Notes under the pieces: generated by a model | Database searches by the model: none | What the model saw: only the letters and a program-made list of their open reading frames with translations | What the model was told of the DNA's origin: nothing | Part shown: positions 63,217 through 64,000 of the stretch, piece by piece | Layout: every line of letters starts with the position of its first letter | Position numbering within the stretch: position 1 is the first letter of the stretch | Program-made: the position numbers and the translations under genes | From: Sphaerodactylus townsendi | Lineage: Eukaryota | Reading direction: 5' to 3' | NCBI RefSeq assembly: GCF_021028975.2 | Contig: NC_059426.1 | Location: 78,678,001 to 78,742,000, forward strand | DNA: 64,000 nucleotides

Positions 63217-64000
63217 ATAATGTGGAACTAATTTCACCAGATAAAGGCACAATTAGAATAAATATAAAGAAAGGAAATTGATACCAATACGTTCCCATGA
63301 CATTTCAAACAAAACAATGCCTTGTTGCATGAAGAAAAAACTGTTGATCACTTATCAACAGGGACAGAAGTTTACATTGGAAGGTCTTTTCATACTGTTC
63401 AAGAAATTCTAGCTCTGCTGTGCCATGAGAAATTATTTGGCCATGTCATCTGTCTGCTTTGTTTCCTGATGTCTAGTTTTCTCTGTGGAAGGAATTGCTT
63501 AGATGGAGGAGCATTCAGTCATCTTGCAGTCTAAAGTGGTATAGCTGTGACATTGATTTTGCAGTGTCAGTGAGAAATAAGACTAGATCTCATTCTAAAG
63601 TATGCTAAACAAACTGATTAGATGAAATGAAAGGGCCTGATAGGTAGAATATATCCATACAGGGATATTATAGTCCCCATTTTCAAAAAGATTTATTTTC
63701 TGTATTCCTGCCCTGTTTAACAATGAGCTTTTTAAAAAAATCCAACACCCTGAAAATAGCATTTGCTCACAGCATGCATAGATTTATGTGTCAAGCCTCC
63801 TGCTGGCATAGAGGTGAAAAGTATTGTTTACCTACTGTTGTGAGGAATGCAACATAAAGGAGGTCACTTAGAATCTGATTACCAAGGTATTCCTATTAAC
63901 ATAGCTCACTGGAATATCTTTAAATGCCTAGAATATTAGCACTTGTACATCCAGTGCAAGAAGCATTCGGTTTATCTTTCAAACAGATCAGCCTCAGTTA

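Overview
Vertebrate genomic DNA with a squamate, probably gecko-like, repeat landscape (inferred from the CR1, L2, tRNA/CORE SINE, 5S-Sauria-type SINE, Penelope and hAT content). It lies inside a + strand tetraspanin gene, most likely TSPAN4. Only two coding exons are present: 31346-31537 (192 nt) and 57031-57105 (75 nt), both phase 0 with canonical AG/GT sites, separated by a ~25.5 kb intron. I did not find the start-codon exon or the downstream exons in the window. The rest is intronic and rich in transposons: a young L2 LINE nested in a hAT element that itself interrupts a SINE; two CR1 copies with almost the same 5' truncation point; two Helitrons with complete termini, one retaining a RepHel N-terminal fragment and sharing a module with the other in inverted orientation; palindromic Buster-type hAT MITEs; Harbinger-like MITEs; and several Penelope-derived fragments carrying minimal hammerhead ribozyme motifs, one with an intact core. 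There is one assembly gap (14532-14794). Most ORFs in the six-frame track are spurious or transposon-derived. No prokaryote-type system (CRISPR, operon) is present.
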